From the NCBI GenBank assembly GCA_963695345.1, contig OY968769.1, forward strand, positions 128,001-192,000: DNA of 64,000 bases. Reading direction: 5' to 3'. The notes under the pieces were generated by a model that saw only the letters and a program-made list of their open reading frames with translations, was not told the DNA's origin and ran no database searches. The translations under genes and the position numbers were made by a program. Within the stretch, counting starts at the first letter, position 1. Each line of letters starts with the position of its first letter. Below, in pieces: positions 29,528 to 40,814 of the stretch. Source of the stretch: an uncultured Methanomassiliicoccales archaeon. Its GTDB lineage: Archaea > Thermoplasmatota > Thermoplasmata > Methanomassiliicoccales > UBA472.

Positions 29528-30094
29528 ATGGATAACTGGCAAACATTAACTATCAAATCACTTTACCCTGCCAGAGTGATACGTTTGAGCCGGGAATTCG
29601 ATTCTTACAACGTCGGACGGAATCTGTATCTGAGCAAGTTCTGTCTGGAGTCCGGTCTTGAAGATTCGCTTGAGACGCTCTTCGAGGAAATCTCAAGCTG
29701 CCTGGCGAATCTGGACATCCATATCGAGTCCGCCAACATCGCCGAGGCGGATAACATCGATGAGTTCCTGTTCGACAAGCTGAGCGAGAAAGAGATCGCC
29801 TTGCTGAGCTTGGGGGTCGCGGTAGGAATGATCCGGTCAGCCCTGCTATCTCTCAGCTCGGAGCACAGGCCAACACCTCGATCGACCCAGGACAAGATGA
29901 AGGGGACGATCGACCTGGCACTGCACAGGATCCACATCGTGCTGGCCGAGCTTGGAACCCTGGAGATCGAAGGCACATTGGTGGAGAAAGTACAACCTCT
30001 GCTCGGCGACTTCAGCAAGCTGAAGGCTTCCGTACCGCTCCTTCAATCAGAGGTCCAGGCCCTCGAAAGACGGATCCGGACGCAGTTTGAATAA
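29528..30094 (+). CDS. Hypothetical helical protein
   Basis: 188-aa ORF with typical codon usage; the true start may be the TTG near 29586. Confidence 0.6.
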   Translation: MDNWQTLTIKSLYPARVIRLSREFDSYNVGRNLYLSKFCLESGLEDSLETLFEEISSCLANLDIHIESANIAEADNIDEFLFDKLSEKEIALLSLGVAVGMIRSALLSLSSEHRPTPRSTQDKMKGTIDLALHRIHIVLAELGTLEIEGTLVEKVQPLLGDFSKLKASVPLLQSEVQALERRIRTQFE

Positions 30095-30417
30095 AACCCG
30101 ATTTAAATGGTCAGGCGGAAGAGCGGTCAAGGTAACGATGTTATTGCATCGTAACATGTGAAAAGAACTCCCTATCTCGAATGGACTGTTGCATGCTATT
30201 CTGTCGCATCGGCAGGTCGTCAGGTGTGACCCCGATACGTCTCGGAAGGTCGCCTTGGAATCGCCATCATTGTTCTCGTGGCTTGTCGAGCACCTATCCC
30301 TGATGCATTGACCATTGATGAATTTCAACGATTACGATCCGTCCCATTCGAGGAAAAGATGTGTAGGGAAGCCCCATCCAACTACCGAGGCTCCCCTTAT
30401 TTCTGGAACTCCTGGGG

Positions 30418-31785
30418 TCACGCGTGCGGTGCCGCGTGGACCTCCGCGCTCAATGGCCCTTCACCGTTCGCGTTGACCGCGGAGACCTTGTAATAGTAGG
30501 TGACTCCGTTCGTCATCCAGGAATCGGTATACGCTGTGCCGGGGCTGATTGTCTTCACGAGCGTTTCAAATCCGGAAGACCAACCCCGGTAGATCTTGTA
30601 CCCGGTGATGGCCGACCCGCCGTTGGACGGTGCGGTCCAGGTCAGCTTGATCACGCCGCTGGCACCGGTCGCGGTCGCGGATAGTCCGGTTACCGTTCCG
30701 GGAACCCCGGAGGCGGTCGGTGGAGCAACCGGAGAGCCTATGGCCGGTGCCGCGTGGACCTCTGCGCTCAATGGCCCTTCACCTTTCGCGTTGACCGCGG
30801 AGACCTTGTAATAGTAGGTGACTCCGTTGGTCAACCAGCTGTTGGTGTACGAGGTGGCTGGGCTTATGGTCGCTACCAGCTTTTCCGTCCCGGAGGACCA
30901 GGCCCGGTAGATCTTGTACCCGGTGATGGCCGATCCGCCGTTGGACGGTTCGGTCCAGGTCAGCTTGATCACGCCGCTGGCACCGGTCGCGGTCGCGGAT
31001 AGTCCGGTTACCGTTCCGGGAACCCCGGAGGCGGTCGGTACCGTGGTCGGTTTTGCCTGGACCTCGGCGCTCTTTGGCCCTTCACCTTTCGCGTTGATCG
31101 CGGAGACCTTGTAATAGTAGGTGACTCCGTTGGTCAATGCAGTGTTAGTGTACGTGGTAACCGCGCCTAAGGTCACCCAGAGCGTTTCCGATCCGGAGAC
31201 CGTAGACCGATAAATCTTGTAGCCTGTGATGGCCGATCCTCCGTTGTATGGCGCGGTCCAGGTCAGCTTAATATTTGCATTCCCGGCGGTCGCGACAACG
31301 TTTTGAGGTGCAGCGGGCGTTACAGAACTGCCGATCAGTTTCAGAATGTACGATTCAAGGTTGGACATGATCGCGTTCTCGCCTATGAGCACTACCATGT
31401 TCCTTATGAACAGCGTAGGTGTGACCTCGCTCCCCGTGTTGAATTCAGCGTTGAATTGCTTGAAAAGTGCATAGTTGGCAGCACTGGCCTTTATATCAAT
31501 TTCCAAGAAGGTGATCTGCGTGTAACTTTTGTATTTTGTTTCCATGCTTTTCATGAACGGTGCCGCAATCGCGCAGTGTCCGCAGCCAGTTTTCCAGAAA
31601 TAGTATATCGTGGTGCTGGACGTCGCGCTTGCTGTGACGCTCACGGAACCGGTGACCGCATTGGTCATGTTATCGTTCGTCTGTGCTATGGGCTGTGTGC
31701 TTCCTCCTGGAACGGCGGGTACCGCAACTAATGCCAGCGAGAGCACTATGGCTAATGCTATCAATATCTTCAAACCAGATTTCAA
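30418..31785 (-). CDS. Secreted thioredoxin/glutaredoxin-like (CGHC) domain + three fibronectin type III domains
   Basis: Signal peptide; YYFWKTGCGHC..TPTLFI; three LTW..P.NGGSAITGYKIYR..YYYKVSA.NA.GEG repeats. Confidence 0.88.
   Translation of the reverse strand: MKSGLKILIALAIVLSLALVAVPAVPGGSTQPIAQTNDNMTNAVTGSVSVTASATSSTTIYYFWKTGCGHCAIAAPFMKSMETKYKSYTQITFLEIDIKASAANYALFKQFNAEFNTGSEVTPTLFIRNMVVLIGENAIMSNLESYILKLIGSSVTPAAPQNVVATAGNANIKLTWTAPYNGGSAITGYKIYRSTVSGSETLWVTLGAVTTYTNTALTNGVTYYYKVSAINAKGEGPKSAEVQAKPTTVPTASGVPGTVTGLSATATGASGVIKLTWTEPSNGGSAITGYKIYRAWSSGTEKLVATISPATSYTNSWLTNGVTYYYKVSAVNAKGEGPLSAEVHAAPAIGSPVAPPTASGVPGTVTGLSATATGASGVIKLTWTAPSNGGSAITGYKIYRGWSSGFETLVKTISPGTAYTDSWMTNGVTYYYKVSAVNANGEGPLSAEVHAAPHA
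30427..31039. repeat. Near-identical ~295-bp duplication (318-bp period) encoding FN3 domains 2 and 3
   Basis: 30427-30721 versus 30745-31039 are visibly near-identical. Confidence 0.9.
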
Positions 31786-32174
31786 ATAAAACCCCCCGAT
31801 TAATACACGACGGATTGACCTTCCTACCCTCGCCCAATGACCATTCATCAGGATTGAGAACAATGAAGGCTGTAGAATATTCTAGACAAACATGCTATAA
31901 AAAATTTTCGCTCGATACATTTGAGGACCTCTGGAGTCCCTTTTCAATACAATCTTAGGTCGGCATCTCAGATGTCGTTCGACCCACCGAATCGTCATCG
32001 AAGAATTACATTTTTATAGTAAACGCTTCGAGTTGAAAAGTGCAGGTCGTATACTTTTCCTTCCTCCGATCAAACCTATCTTGACGTCATTTCTATGATG
32101 ACAATCGGGTAGAGCCATTGAGCTCACTGGCCATATCAATGGGTCTGTGCTTTGCCTTCTGTGCCACCTTTTTA

Positions 32175-32201
32175 CCATAGACGTAGTTTCCATAGACGTA
32201 G
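32175..32201. repeat. Tandem 12-bp direct repeat CCATAGACGTAG upstream of the pilus ATPase operon
   Basis: 32175-32186 and 32190-32201 are identical, with a TTT spacer. Confidence 0.75.
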
Positions 32202-32257
32202 CCTACAGTTACATGTTAACCGGATTACCTCGAACACGTTTCTAGGCATCAGATAGA

Positions 32258-32813
32258 ATGAGGGCAAAGCGAGTTCTGGTGGCAAAAAGGCCGGTCGTCC
32301 ATCCGATGGAACCGAAGAGGACCGGATGCAATTACTCTCGTTCTGAGGACAGCCTCCTGTTCGAATGTCGCGGCTGCCCTCAAGGCGAAGGACCTGAATG
32401 ACATCGTGTGCCTGAAGCGGGTGATCTCCGTGATGGCCGAGCAGAGCGATGTGGAGGAGGTCGTCCTCTCCGGCGACTGGGAATCACTGTACCGGGATGG
32501 TTGCGTTCGGGTACTGAACGCCTATGCCGAACTTGTCCGAACCTGCCGCTCAAGCAGCCTGATGACATCGGGAGGGGAGCAATGTCAGACATGTCCGAAC
32601 GACCCCCGGAAGTTGGCGGCCGCTATCGCCGATCGGGCCCCGATGCCGTGGGACGACCTGCGCCGTCGGGCCACCTCCGCCAACGTACGTCCCGGCTGCT
32701 ACGCTTGCGCCGCCTCCACCGCATCCTTGATGACGCGCTTGGAATCCATCACCAAGGGTATAGACCGGACCGTGGCCAAGGAAGCCTTCCGCATTGTGGG
32801 GGTTTCCGAATGA
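32258..32813 (+). CDS. Cys-rich protein translationally coupled to the secretion ATPase (frameshift ~32395)
   Basis: ECRGC..CLKRVI..CQTC..CYAC; ATGA overlap with the ATPase start. Confidence 0.6.
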
Positions 32814-34532
32814 TGCCCCGAATCATAACCGACCAGGTCGCTGTCCGCCATCCCAATGAGGTTCCCAGAAGCGTCCGCCAGCTGTTAGGCCGGGACCGTA
32901 TGAAACGCCCCCGTTTCTCGCAATGCTGGACATTGCCATCGCAGGCCAACGGGTCCACGGCATTGGAAGCGTACGCGGTCTCCGATTCCCAGATCCAGAT
33001 ACTATCCCGGGGCACGCAGACGTTCTATCATGTCTCGCCTTGGGAGTACAACATCCCGAAGGAATGGTCGCTCACGGTACAGGAGACCATCGACGCTGTT
33101 TCGAATTGCCCTCCAGCAGACGTCTCCTTGTCGTACGAGGAGCTGCGACGATACGTCAGGGAGACCGCTGGCCGTTCCATCCGGAGGATCGCCCAAAGGG
33201 ACCGGGTCGACCTCGGATCCGACGAGAAGGAGAAGACATCGATCATCGAGAAGCTCGCCAATGTGACCGCCAGGTACACCGTAGGATTGGGGCTTTTCGA
33301 GGTCCTTCTGGGGGACGACCGCATCGAGGACATCTATGTAGATGCGCCGAGCCAGGACAACCCGGTCCATGTGACCGTCGGAGGGATTAAGGGGATGCGG
33401 GACGGTGGTCCGCTGCCAGACCAACATCGTCGCCTCGCGCAATGAGATCGATGGGCTGGTCTCACGTTTCAGGCAATACAGCCGGCGTCCCTTCTCCGAG
33501 GCGTTCCCGGTCCTGGAGACAGACGCTGTCGGGTTCGACGCCCGCGCCACGTTCATCGGCAAACCGCTTTCACCCAACGGGACCGCCCTCGCCCTCCGGA
33601 GGCACTCACGGAGCGTCTGGACCTTGCCCCGGTTCATCTTCAATGGGACCGTCGACGCCATGACCGCTGGCCTGATATCCTTCCTCATCGACGGGCGCAG
33701 CACCATCCTGTTCTGCGGCCCGCGAGGATCTGGCAAGTCCTCTCTGCTTTCAGCCTCGCTCTTCGAGTTCCCCATCAGCCAGAGGATCCTTACCATCGAG
33801 GACACCATGGAACTCCCCTGTCGCCAGATGCAGCGCCTCGGATTCAAGGTGCAGTCGCTGCTAGTGGAGAACCGCATGGGACAGGACCAGGAGGACAGGA
33901 CGGACGAGGCCCTGCGGGTCTCGCTGCGCCTGGGCGAATCCGCGATAGTTCTGGGAGAGGTGCGGGGAAAGGAGGCTATGACCTTATACGAGAGCATGCG
34001 CACCGGCAAGGCCGGTTCGTCGGTGCTGGGAACGATCCACGGTGATTCTGCCCGATCGGTCTTTGAGCGGGTCGTCCATGATCTTGGAATATCCGGTGAG
34101 GCGTTCAGCGCCACCGACATGGTGATCACGCTCGGCCTCAACCGGATCGCCGGAGGGCAGCGCCAGGAACGCAAGGTGCTGGAAGTGGCCGAATGCGCCC
34201 GGTGCAGGGGCATAGGCGAATTCGACAGGCTCGTGTTCTTCGACAACGCCGCCGGCGCCCCTGTCTTCGACCGCTCCTTCCGTTCGGAGTGCATTTCCCG
34301 CATCGCCTCCTCCTGGAACATCAGCTACCAGGAGGCGATGCTCAACATCGAGGCCCGGGCCCGTATGAGGCAGGTCCTGGTCGACGCCGCGAAGGCCGGT
34401 AGGATGGAGCACCTGGGACCGGAATGGACCTGCAAATGCAACGAGTTCTTCTGGAGCCGCGTGGAGTCGGAGGAACGGGACTACGATGCGATGGTGAAGG
34501 ATTTCTCCCAGCTGGTCCTGGGAGGAATGTGA
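32810..34532 (+). CDS. Type II/IV secretion (TadA/VirB11-like) ATPase (frameshift ~33400)
   Basis: LLGDDRIEDIYVDAP; Walker A GPRGSGKSS, IEDTMEL, Walker B IVLGEVRG, GTIHG. Confidence 0.9.
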
Positions 34533-34533
34533 G

Positions 34534-36287
34534 ATGTCGGTTTTCATCGGGAAGGAACGGACAGCGCCGGAATGGTTCTCCGCCATGTTCAAAACGAAGA
34601 GGACAGAGGCACAATCCGATTGGATGCGGAGGCATAAGGTGACCGAAGGCGCGCTCCGAGCCAGGGCATACCGGATCTTTGCCGTGATCGGTATCGCGGG
34701 CACGGTGGTTCTCGCTATGTTGAGCGTCATTTTCGGACCTCCTGCCCTCCTCTATCTCCTGGCGCCGTTCTCACTGTTCCTGATCATCGTCCCTTCACTG
34801 GTCATGGGCTCTCCGGCCAACGGGGCCAAACGCGAGGAGCTGGATATGCTGAGGGAATCCCCTACGGTAATTGGGGCGATGTCCATGAGCATGCAGCTCC
34901 AGCCATCCTTGGACCGGGCGGTGGCATTCGCATCGCAATGCGACGACGGGTCGCTGAACCTGCGCCTCAGGACGCTTCTGTGGCAAGTGCTCACCCGGGT
35001 GCGGTACGACCTTCCCACCTCCATGATGGAGTTCGCCTCCACCCTCACGGATGAGAACGAGAGTCTGCGCCAATCGATCCACCTGTTCATTTCCGCCACC
35101 CACGAGTCCTCCCGGGAAGGAATGGACCGTCTGCTCGACAAGGCCAATACCCTGGTCATCGACGGGGTGAAGGACCGGGTCGAACGCTACGTTGCCTCGT
35201 TGGCCATGCCCACCATGGTCTTCTTCGCCTTCGGCATTCTGCTCCCGGTGATGATGTTCTCCCTGGTGCCCCTTCTCACCCTCGGTAACGTATCGTCCAT
35301 CGGTTCCGCGAAAAACGCCGCCCCGATAATCACCGACCTTGATCTGGCACTTCTGCTCCTGGTGGTCTTCCCGGCCGCCTCGTTCCTATACTCCCGCTCC
35401 ACCCTTTCCCGGAACCCTCTGCAGAGCGTTGGACGGCTGGAGATAGCCCTCGGCGGGAAGGCCATCGGGGCCATCATCGCGTACATCGTTGCCATGTCCG
35501 TTCTCACAGTGCTGATGTCCAGCTCCTTTCCGGAAATGCGTCTTGGTGGCGGGCGTATGCCTGCCCTCGGCATATTTCTACCTGCGATTCAAGTCCGATG
35601 CACGTCCAGGCATCCAAGTTGCCGGGGATCGAGAAGGATTTCGTCAACGCGCTTTACCAGATGGGGAACAGGATGACCACCGGCACCAGCTTCGATGTCG
35701 CGTTCGAGGAGGTGGCCCGTTCCCGTTCCTCTTCCGCTTTCGGGGAGTTCGCCCGCAGGACCAGATACAAATGCCTGACCACCAGGCAGGAACTCTCCGC
35801 CATCATCTCCAATGACGAAGAGCTGCAAAGCCTGTCCCCGCTGGTCAGGAACGCCGTTGTTACCGTGGCCGAGTGCGCCGCCTCCGACCCGCAGGCGGCA
35901 GGCAAGGTCGCCCTTAACCTGGCCCAGTATCTATCCGACCTGCGCACCTGTCAGGCGAAGATACGCGAGAAGCTGCAGAGCGTGGTGGACATGATGACCT
36001 CGACCAGCGCCATCTTCGCGCCGATCGTCCTGGGCATAACCGGCAGCCTGTTCTCCCTGGTCGGAGTCGTTTCACCCGGTTCCGGTTCGGTGCAGAACAT
36101 GACCTTGATCGGAGGTGCCTACGTGGTCGAGCTGACCTTCATCGTCTCCTTCTTCACCGTGTTCCTGATGGGCGGTAAGAATTGGACCGAGGTCGCCTAT
36201 CGGTTCTTCACCAAGGCCCCGGTCGCCGTCATCGTGTTCATTTCAGTTTCACTAGTCGCTCGGGGAGGCCTGACGCAACTTCTGTGA
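34534..36287 (+). CDS. TadB/C-like (T2SS F) membrane platform protein (frameshift ~35550)
   Basis: Multi-TM protein directly after the ATPase; FGILLPV, and DFVNALYQMGNRM..G..APIVLG in the second half. Confidence 0.75.
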
Positions 36288-36675
36288 CCCAGAAGATGTC
36301 CTTCTCATCCGCCTCCAGTATCTCGACGGACAGCTGTTCCTCGTTGTGCTTGGTCATCAATCCATCGATCCGCTGCCGCTCGGATTCGAGCAGCCTTATC
36401 TCCAGCGTCTTCGTGGAATCGACGAAATGGACCACCGGCAGATGACCATCCCGGACCACGATGTTGTTCTTGCCCAATGTGCAACCGGTGGTGAACTGGA
36501 TGCCGTCGATCAAACATGACATGGGAGGGTGCCTGCCGGTGAAGACCACTGCCGTCATCCTGCCCCCGAACCTCTCGCGGGCCATCTTACCCATGCGATA
36601 GCCGATGACCACATACGGTCCGAGATGTCCGTGGAAGCGCTTCAGCGGGATCAGTTCGTCAGGCAGTTCGGTCAT
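36238..36675 (-). CDS. FmdE/FwdE-family protein
   Basis: FHGHLGPYVVIGYRM and CLIDGIQFTTGCTLGK. Confidence 0.88.
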   Translation of the reverse strand: MTELPDELIPLKRFHGHLGPYVVIGYRMGKMARERFGGRMTAVVFTGRHPPMSCLIDGIQFTTGCTLGKNNIVVRDGHLPVVHFVDSTKTLEIRLLESERQRIDGLMTKHNEEQLSVEILEADEKDIFWVTEVASGLPERLVKLK

Positions 36676-36848
36676 GATCCGCGTTAATAATCACGAGCTA
36701 GATGAAGATTGCCAAGGTCAGTTCCAGGATATGGCATATCGATTCTCATCTCTGGTGGCTTACCATGTCCTGACGCGTGGAGAACCGCGTTCTCTGCGCG
36801 CTGTCGTTAAAAAACGTTAATTACTTGGCCGCGTCTGCTTGGGACTGG

Positions 36849-37418
36849 ATGAGCGACCGGAGATCACCGTTCCAGAAGTGGAAACTGACCATGCTGGCAA
36901 TTTTCGTGGCGTGGCTAGCGGTCATCCTGATCGCCCCCCTGTCACTGCCGACCGGAAGCGTGAAGGACCTGTCCGGAGCGGTGGGAAGACTGGACAATCC
37001 CGGGCAAGAGGCCAGGATGAACCTGTTCGCCCAGATCGTGTATACGATGGGCGACATCGAATGCCATCAGATCGCCGAGCGCTCGTACTACCTCAACGGC
37101 AACGAGCTGCCGATATGCTCCAGGGACGTCGGGTTATCAATCGGGCTATTGGTCGGAATGCTGATCGGCCTATTGTACGCCAGACGCATCAATCCTACCA
37201 TTCTGGCACTGGGCATCCTGCCTTTATTGATCGACGGCGGGCTGCAGTCGGTATCCAGCTATCAATCCAATAACACCCTCCGGATCGTCACCGGCATCAT
37301 CGCTGGCGTGGTGGTGGCACTGCTTCTGTGCGAGTTCGCCGCTAGATATCTGGAGGTCGGTCGGAACGGGACCGCTAAGAACAGTGAGCCAGACAACGTC
37401 CCCAAAGAACAGTCCTAG
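36849..37418 (+). CDS. DUF2085 membrane protein
   Basis: CHQIAERS..GNELPICSRDVG..PLLIDG..SNNTLRIVTG. Confidence 0.85.
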   Translation: MSDRRSPFQKWKLTMLAIFVAWLAVILIAPLSLPTGSVKDLSGAVGRLDNPGQEARMNLFAQIVYTMGDIECHQIAERSYYLNGNELPICSRDVGLSIGLLVGMLIGLLYARRINPTILALGILPLLIDGGLQSVSSYQSNNTLRIVTGIIAGVVVALLLCEFAARYLEVGRNGTAKNSEPDNVPKEQS

Positions 37419-37452
37419 GGCGTTTCCAGCGTTATACGCAGAGGCCATATCG

Positions 37453-37470
37453 GCAAAATCTATATATAGA
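37453..37470 (+). promoter_or_regulatory. BRE/TATA of the psmB-aCPSF1 region
   Basis: GCAAAATCTATATATAGA about 70 nt upstream of the ATG. Confidence 0.5.
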
Positions 37471-37538
37471 GTAGTCCCAATTGGAGTTGTGACAGATTTG
37501 TCTGTTCATCCTTTTACCAATTCTGGAAGGTGTGATGT

Positions 37539-38192
37539 ATGGTAGAGGCTACAAAGACGGGTACGACCACCATAGGAATCGTCAACAATGACGGAGTAGT
37601 GCTAGCTTCGGAGCACCGCGCGACAATGGGCAACTTTATCGCCCATAAGGAAACGCAGAAGGTCTTCAAGATCGACGATAACCTTGGACTTACCACGGCT
37701 GGATTGGTCGGCGACGCGCAAGTGCTCGCCCGCTATGTCAAGGCGGAGGTCGAGCTGTACAAGCTCAGACGCCAGGCGCCCATGTCGGTCAAGGCTGCGG
37801 CAACATTGATGTCCAACATCCTCAGGCGGGGCGGGGGGTCCCAGGGATTCTACTACGTTGGACTGATCGTCGGCGGTCATGACAACGAGGGAGGCCACGT
37901 GTATTCCCTGGATGCCGCGGGCGGATCGATCCCGGACAACTACATTTCCGTCGGTTCCGGCTCACCGTATGCGTACGGTGTCCTCGAGGACCACTATAAG
38001 AAGGACGTGTCCCTCAGCGACAGCATCGACCTGGCCATCAGGGCGCTGAACGCCGCGATGAAGAGGGACTCAGCAAGCGGTGATGGCATGGCCATCATCA
38101 CCATAACCAAGGATGGTTATGTGGAGGTCTCCGATGAGGAGATCTCGAAGCGGGCTTCGCGCATGGGCATCAACGTGCCCAAGCCGAACTAA
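37539..38192 (+). CDS. psmB: Proteasome beta subunit
   Basis: KTG|[30 protein letters not shown]. Confidence 0.97.
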   Translation: MVEATKTGTTTIGIVNNDGVVLASEHRATMGNFIAHKETQKVFKIDDNLGLTTAGLVGDAQVLARYVKAEVELYKLRRQAPMSVKAAATLMSNILRRGGGSQGFYYVGLIVGGHDNEGGHVYSLDAAGGSIPDNYISVGSGSPYAYGVLEDHYKKDVSLSDSIDLAIRALNAAMKRDSASGDGMAIITITKDGYVEVSDEEISKRASRMGINVPKPN

Positions 38193-38240
38193 ACCCCTTT
38201 CCAAAAACCTTACTGTTGTTAATAGCCAAAAGTTGATTTC

Positions 38241-40148
38241 ATGAGCGCCGAGAGAATTCTGGAAGATGCCCGAGAACAGGTACGCAAGATAGTACCGTCG
38301 CACATCAACATTACTTCGATTGACTTCGAGGGCCCGGTAGTGGTCATCTACACCAAGGACATGGATGCCTTCGCATCCAACAACGATATCGTCCGTCAGC
38401 TGGCACAGGGATTGCGGCGGCGCGTCGCCATAAGACCGGACGCCTCACTGCTGGCCGATCCAGACATCGTGGAGAAAAAGATCCGCGAGATCATTCCGGA
38501 GGAAGCCCAGATAACCGACATATTCTTCGAGCCGGAGACCGGCGAGGTGACCATCGAAGCGATCGCGCCCGGCCTGGTCATAGGCAAGCAGGGCGCCATC
38601 CTGAACGAGATCAAGAAGGAGGTCGGTTGGGCCCCCAAGGTGGTCCGGGCACCGCCGATACCGTCAAAGACGGTCTCCGAGATACGTTCCTACCTGAGAC
38701 ATATCCAGACCGAACGCAAGGATTTCCTCCGGAAGACCGGGAGGAGGCTGGCCCGGCAGAAGTACGAGGGAGAGTCCTGGATACGCCTGACCGCGCTCGG
38801 CGGTTTCCGTGAGGTCGGACGCTCTGCCTCACTGCTCTCGACCCGGGACTCGAAGATCCTGATAGACTGCGGACTGGACGTCGGCGCCGACGGCGCCACG
38901 CCATACTTCAGCGCCCCTGAGATCCAGCCGCTGGACCAGATCGACTGCGTGGTCATCACCCATGCTCACCTGGACCACTGCGGCCTCCTGCCGGCACTGT
39001 ACAAGTACGGCTTCGATGGGCCGGTCTACTGTACCGCCCCGACCCGGGACCTGATGTCGCTACTTCAGCTGGACTACATCAAGGTGGCCAATTCCGAGGG
39101 AAAGAAGAGCCCCTATGAGTCCGCCCAGGTCCGGGACGTGGTCAAGCATTGCATCCCTCTCAAGTACGGCGAGACCACCGATGTGGCGCCCGACATCCGC
39201 CTGACGTTCCAGAACGCCGGGCATATCCTAGGTTCGGCCGTCTGCCACTTCCATATCGGGGACGGCCTTTACAACATCGCCTTCACCGGCGACATGAAGT
39301 TCGAGCGGACCTGGCTCTTCAACGCCACGGTCAACAAGTTCCCCCGGCTGGAGACCCTGATCATCGAATCCACCTACGGCGGCTACCATGACATCCAGCC
39401 GAGCCGGGTCGAGGCGTCGACACAGCTGCGCGACATTGTGGTCCGGACCCTGGAAAGGAAGGGAAAGGTCGTCGTGCCGGTCTTCGCCGTCGGACGTTCC
39501 CAGGAAGTGATGCTGGTAATAGAGGAGCTGGTCCGGACCGGCAAGATCGACAAGCTGCCGGTCTACCTGGACGGAATGATCTGGGAGGCGACCGCGATCC
39601 ATACCGCCTACCCCGAGTTCCTGAACTCGCAATTGCGCACCCAGATATTCCAGATGAACCAGAACCCGTTCCTGTCGGACATATTCAAGCGGGTCGACTC
39701 GCAGGAGATGAGGGAGAAGATCCTTCACGACCCGGACCCGTGCGTCGTGCTCGCCACCGGCGGCATGATGAACGGCGGACCGATCCTCGAATACGTCAAG
39801 AACTGGGCGGACGATCCGAACTCGACGCTGGTGTTCGTCGGTTACCAGGCGGAAGGGACGATCGGACGGAAGATCCAGAAGGGCGTGAAGGACCTCACGA
39901 TGATGGAGAAGGGCAAGCCGATCACCGTCGAGTTCAAGATGGACTCGGAGACGATCGACGGGTTCTCCGGCCACTCGGACCGGCGCCAGCTGATCAACTA
40001 CATCGCTACCCTGGAACCGAAACCGGAAAGGATCATCATCGGACACGGCGAAGAGCACAAATGCCTGGACCTGGCTTCGGCGTTGTACAAGAAGTTCAAC
40101 ATCGAGACCCGCGCCCCGATGAACCTCGAGACCATCCGGATGAAGTAG
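38241..40148 (+). CDS. fttA: Beta-CASP ribonuclease aCPSF1 / termination factor FttA
   Basis: KH domains, LGGFREVGRS, THAHLDH, AGHILGS, FSGHSD; follows psmB as is typical in archaea. Confidence 0.97.
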   Translation: MSAERILEDAREQVRKIVPSHINITSIDFEGPVVVIYTKDMDAFASNNDIVRQLAQGLRRRVAIRPDASLLADPDIVEKKIREIIPEEAQITDIFFEPETGEVTIEAIAPGLVIGKQGAILNEIKKEVGWAPKVVRAPPIPSKTVSEIRSYLRHIQTERKDFLRKTGRRLARQKYEGESWIRLTALGGFREVGRSASLLSTRDSKILIDCGLDVGADGATPYFSAPEIQPLDQIDCVVITHAHLDHCGLLPALYKYGFDGPVYCTAPTRDLMSLLQLDYIKVANSEGKKSPYESAQVRDVVKHCIPLKYGETTDVAPDIRLTFQNAGHILGSAVCHFHIGDGLYNIAFTGDMKFERTWLFNATVNKFPRLETLIIESTYGGYHDIQPSRVEASTQLRDIVVRTLERKGKVVVPVFAVGRSQEVMLVIEELVRTGKIDKLPVYLDGMIWEATAIHTAYPEFLNSQLRTQIFQMNQNPFLSDIFKRVDSQEMREKILHDPDPCVVLATGGMMNGGPILEYVKNWADDPNSTLVFVGYQAEGTIGRKIQKGVKDLTMMEKGKPITVEFKMDSETIDGFSGHSDRRQLINYIATLEPKPERIIIGHGEEHKCLDLASALYKKFNIETRAPMNLETIRMK

Positions 40149-40266
40149 GTCAAAGCCCGGTAATCGGCATTTTCCATCCCCGCCGCAGACTGCGGGCATG
40201 GATCCATTCGATTTTCCATACCACATACGCTAGATTTTCATATGTGGAACTCCTCGAATCACCGAA

Positions 40267-40689
40267 ATGAAAGAAGGAATGAAGACCGCGATTGCGGCAA
40301 TTTCCATGATCCTACTGTTGATCTGTTTCATCATTTCTACCGCACTGACCACCGGTTCTCTGAGATCGCTCGTTCTCGGTGTCTTCCTTGGCGGTACATT
40401 CCTCTTCCTGGTCTCGACCGGAATGGCGATGATCTTCGGACACGCAGGATTCCTGCTGACCGGATGGAACACGATGACCCCGGAAGAGAGGTCCCGTTAT
40501 GATGAGAAAAAGATGCTCAGGTTCGGAGGAATCCTCATCATCGTGACCTCGATGGGGATCCTGCTCTCGCTCCTCAGCTTCACCTTCGGACAGCCTTGGT
40601 TAGGATGGATATTGCTGGTTTTGAGCTTGACCGTTGTGTTCGCTGGTGCGGTCCACATGGGAAGGAAAGGCAACATCTATTCCGTCTGA
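40267..40689 (+). CDS. DUF3784-like membrane protein
   Basis: LLTGWNTMTPEERSRYDEKKM flanked by TM helices. Confidence 0.75.
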   Translation: MKEGMKTAIAAISMILLLICFIISTALTTGSLRSLVLGVFLGGTFLFLVSTGMAMIFGHAGFLLTGWNTMTPEERSRYDEKKMLRFGGILIIVTSMGILLSLLSFTFGQPWLGWILLVLSLTVVFAGAVHMGRKGNIYSV

Positions 40690-40814
40690 GCTCGGTTTCT
40701 CCGAAGCTTTAGGCGATTGGGTCGATGGTGAACGATCGAACATGATGCCCCCTCTATCGCCGAAACGACAGGGTAAAAAAGGGAACCTCGCAATGTTGTG
40801 CTCTCTCGGACCGA

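Noticed and set aside
35023-35040. GATGGAGTTCGCC resembling the 5' part of a fluoride riboswitch
   Set aside because: It lies inside a CDS (MMEFA) and lacks the 3' conserved segment.
14034-40148. TAG stops as pyrrolysine read-through (TBP, HAD phosphatase, hybrid kinase, aCPSF1)
   Set aside because: The TAGs fall at the natural C-termini of these families; no amber-containing methyltransferase was seen.
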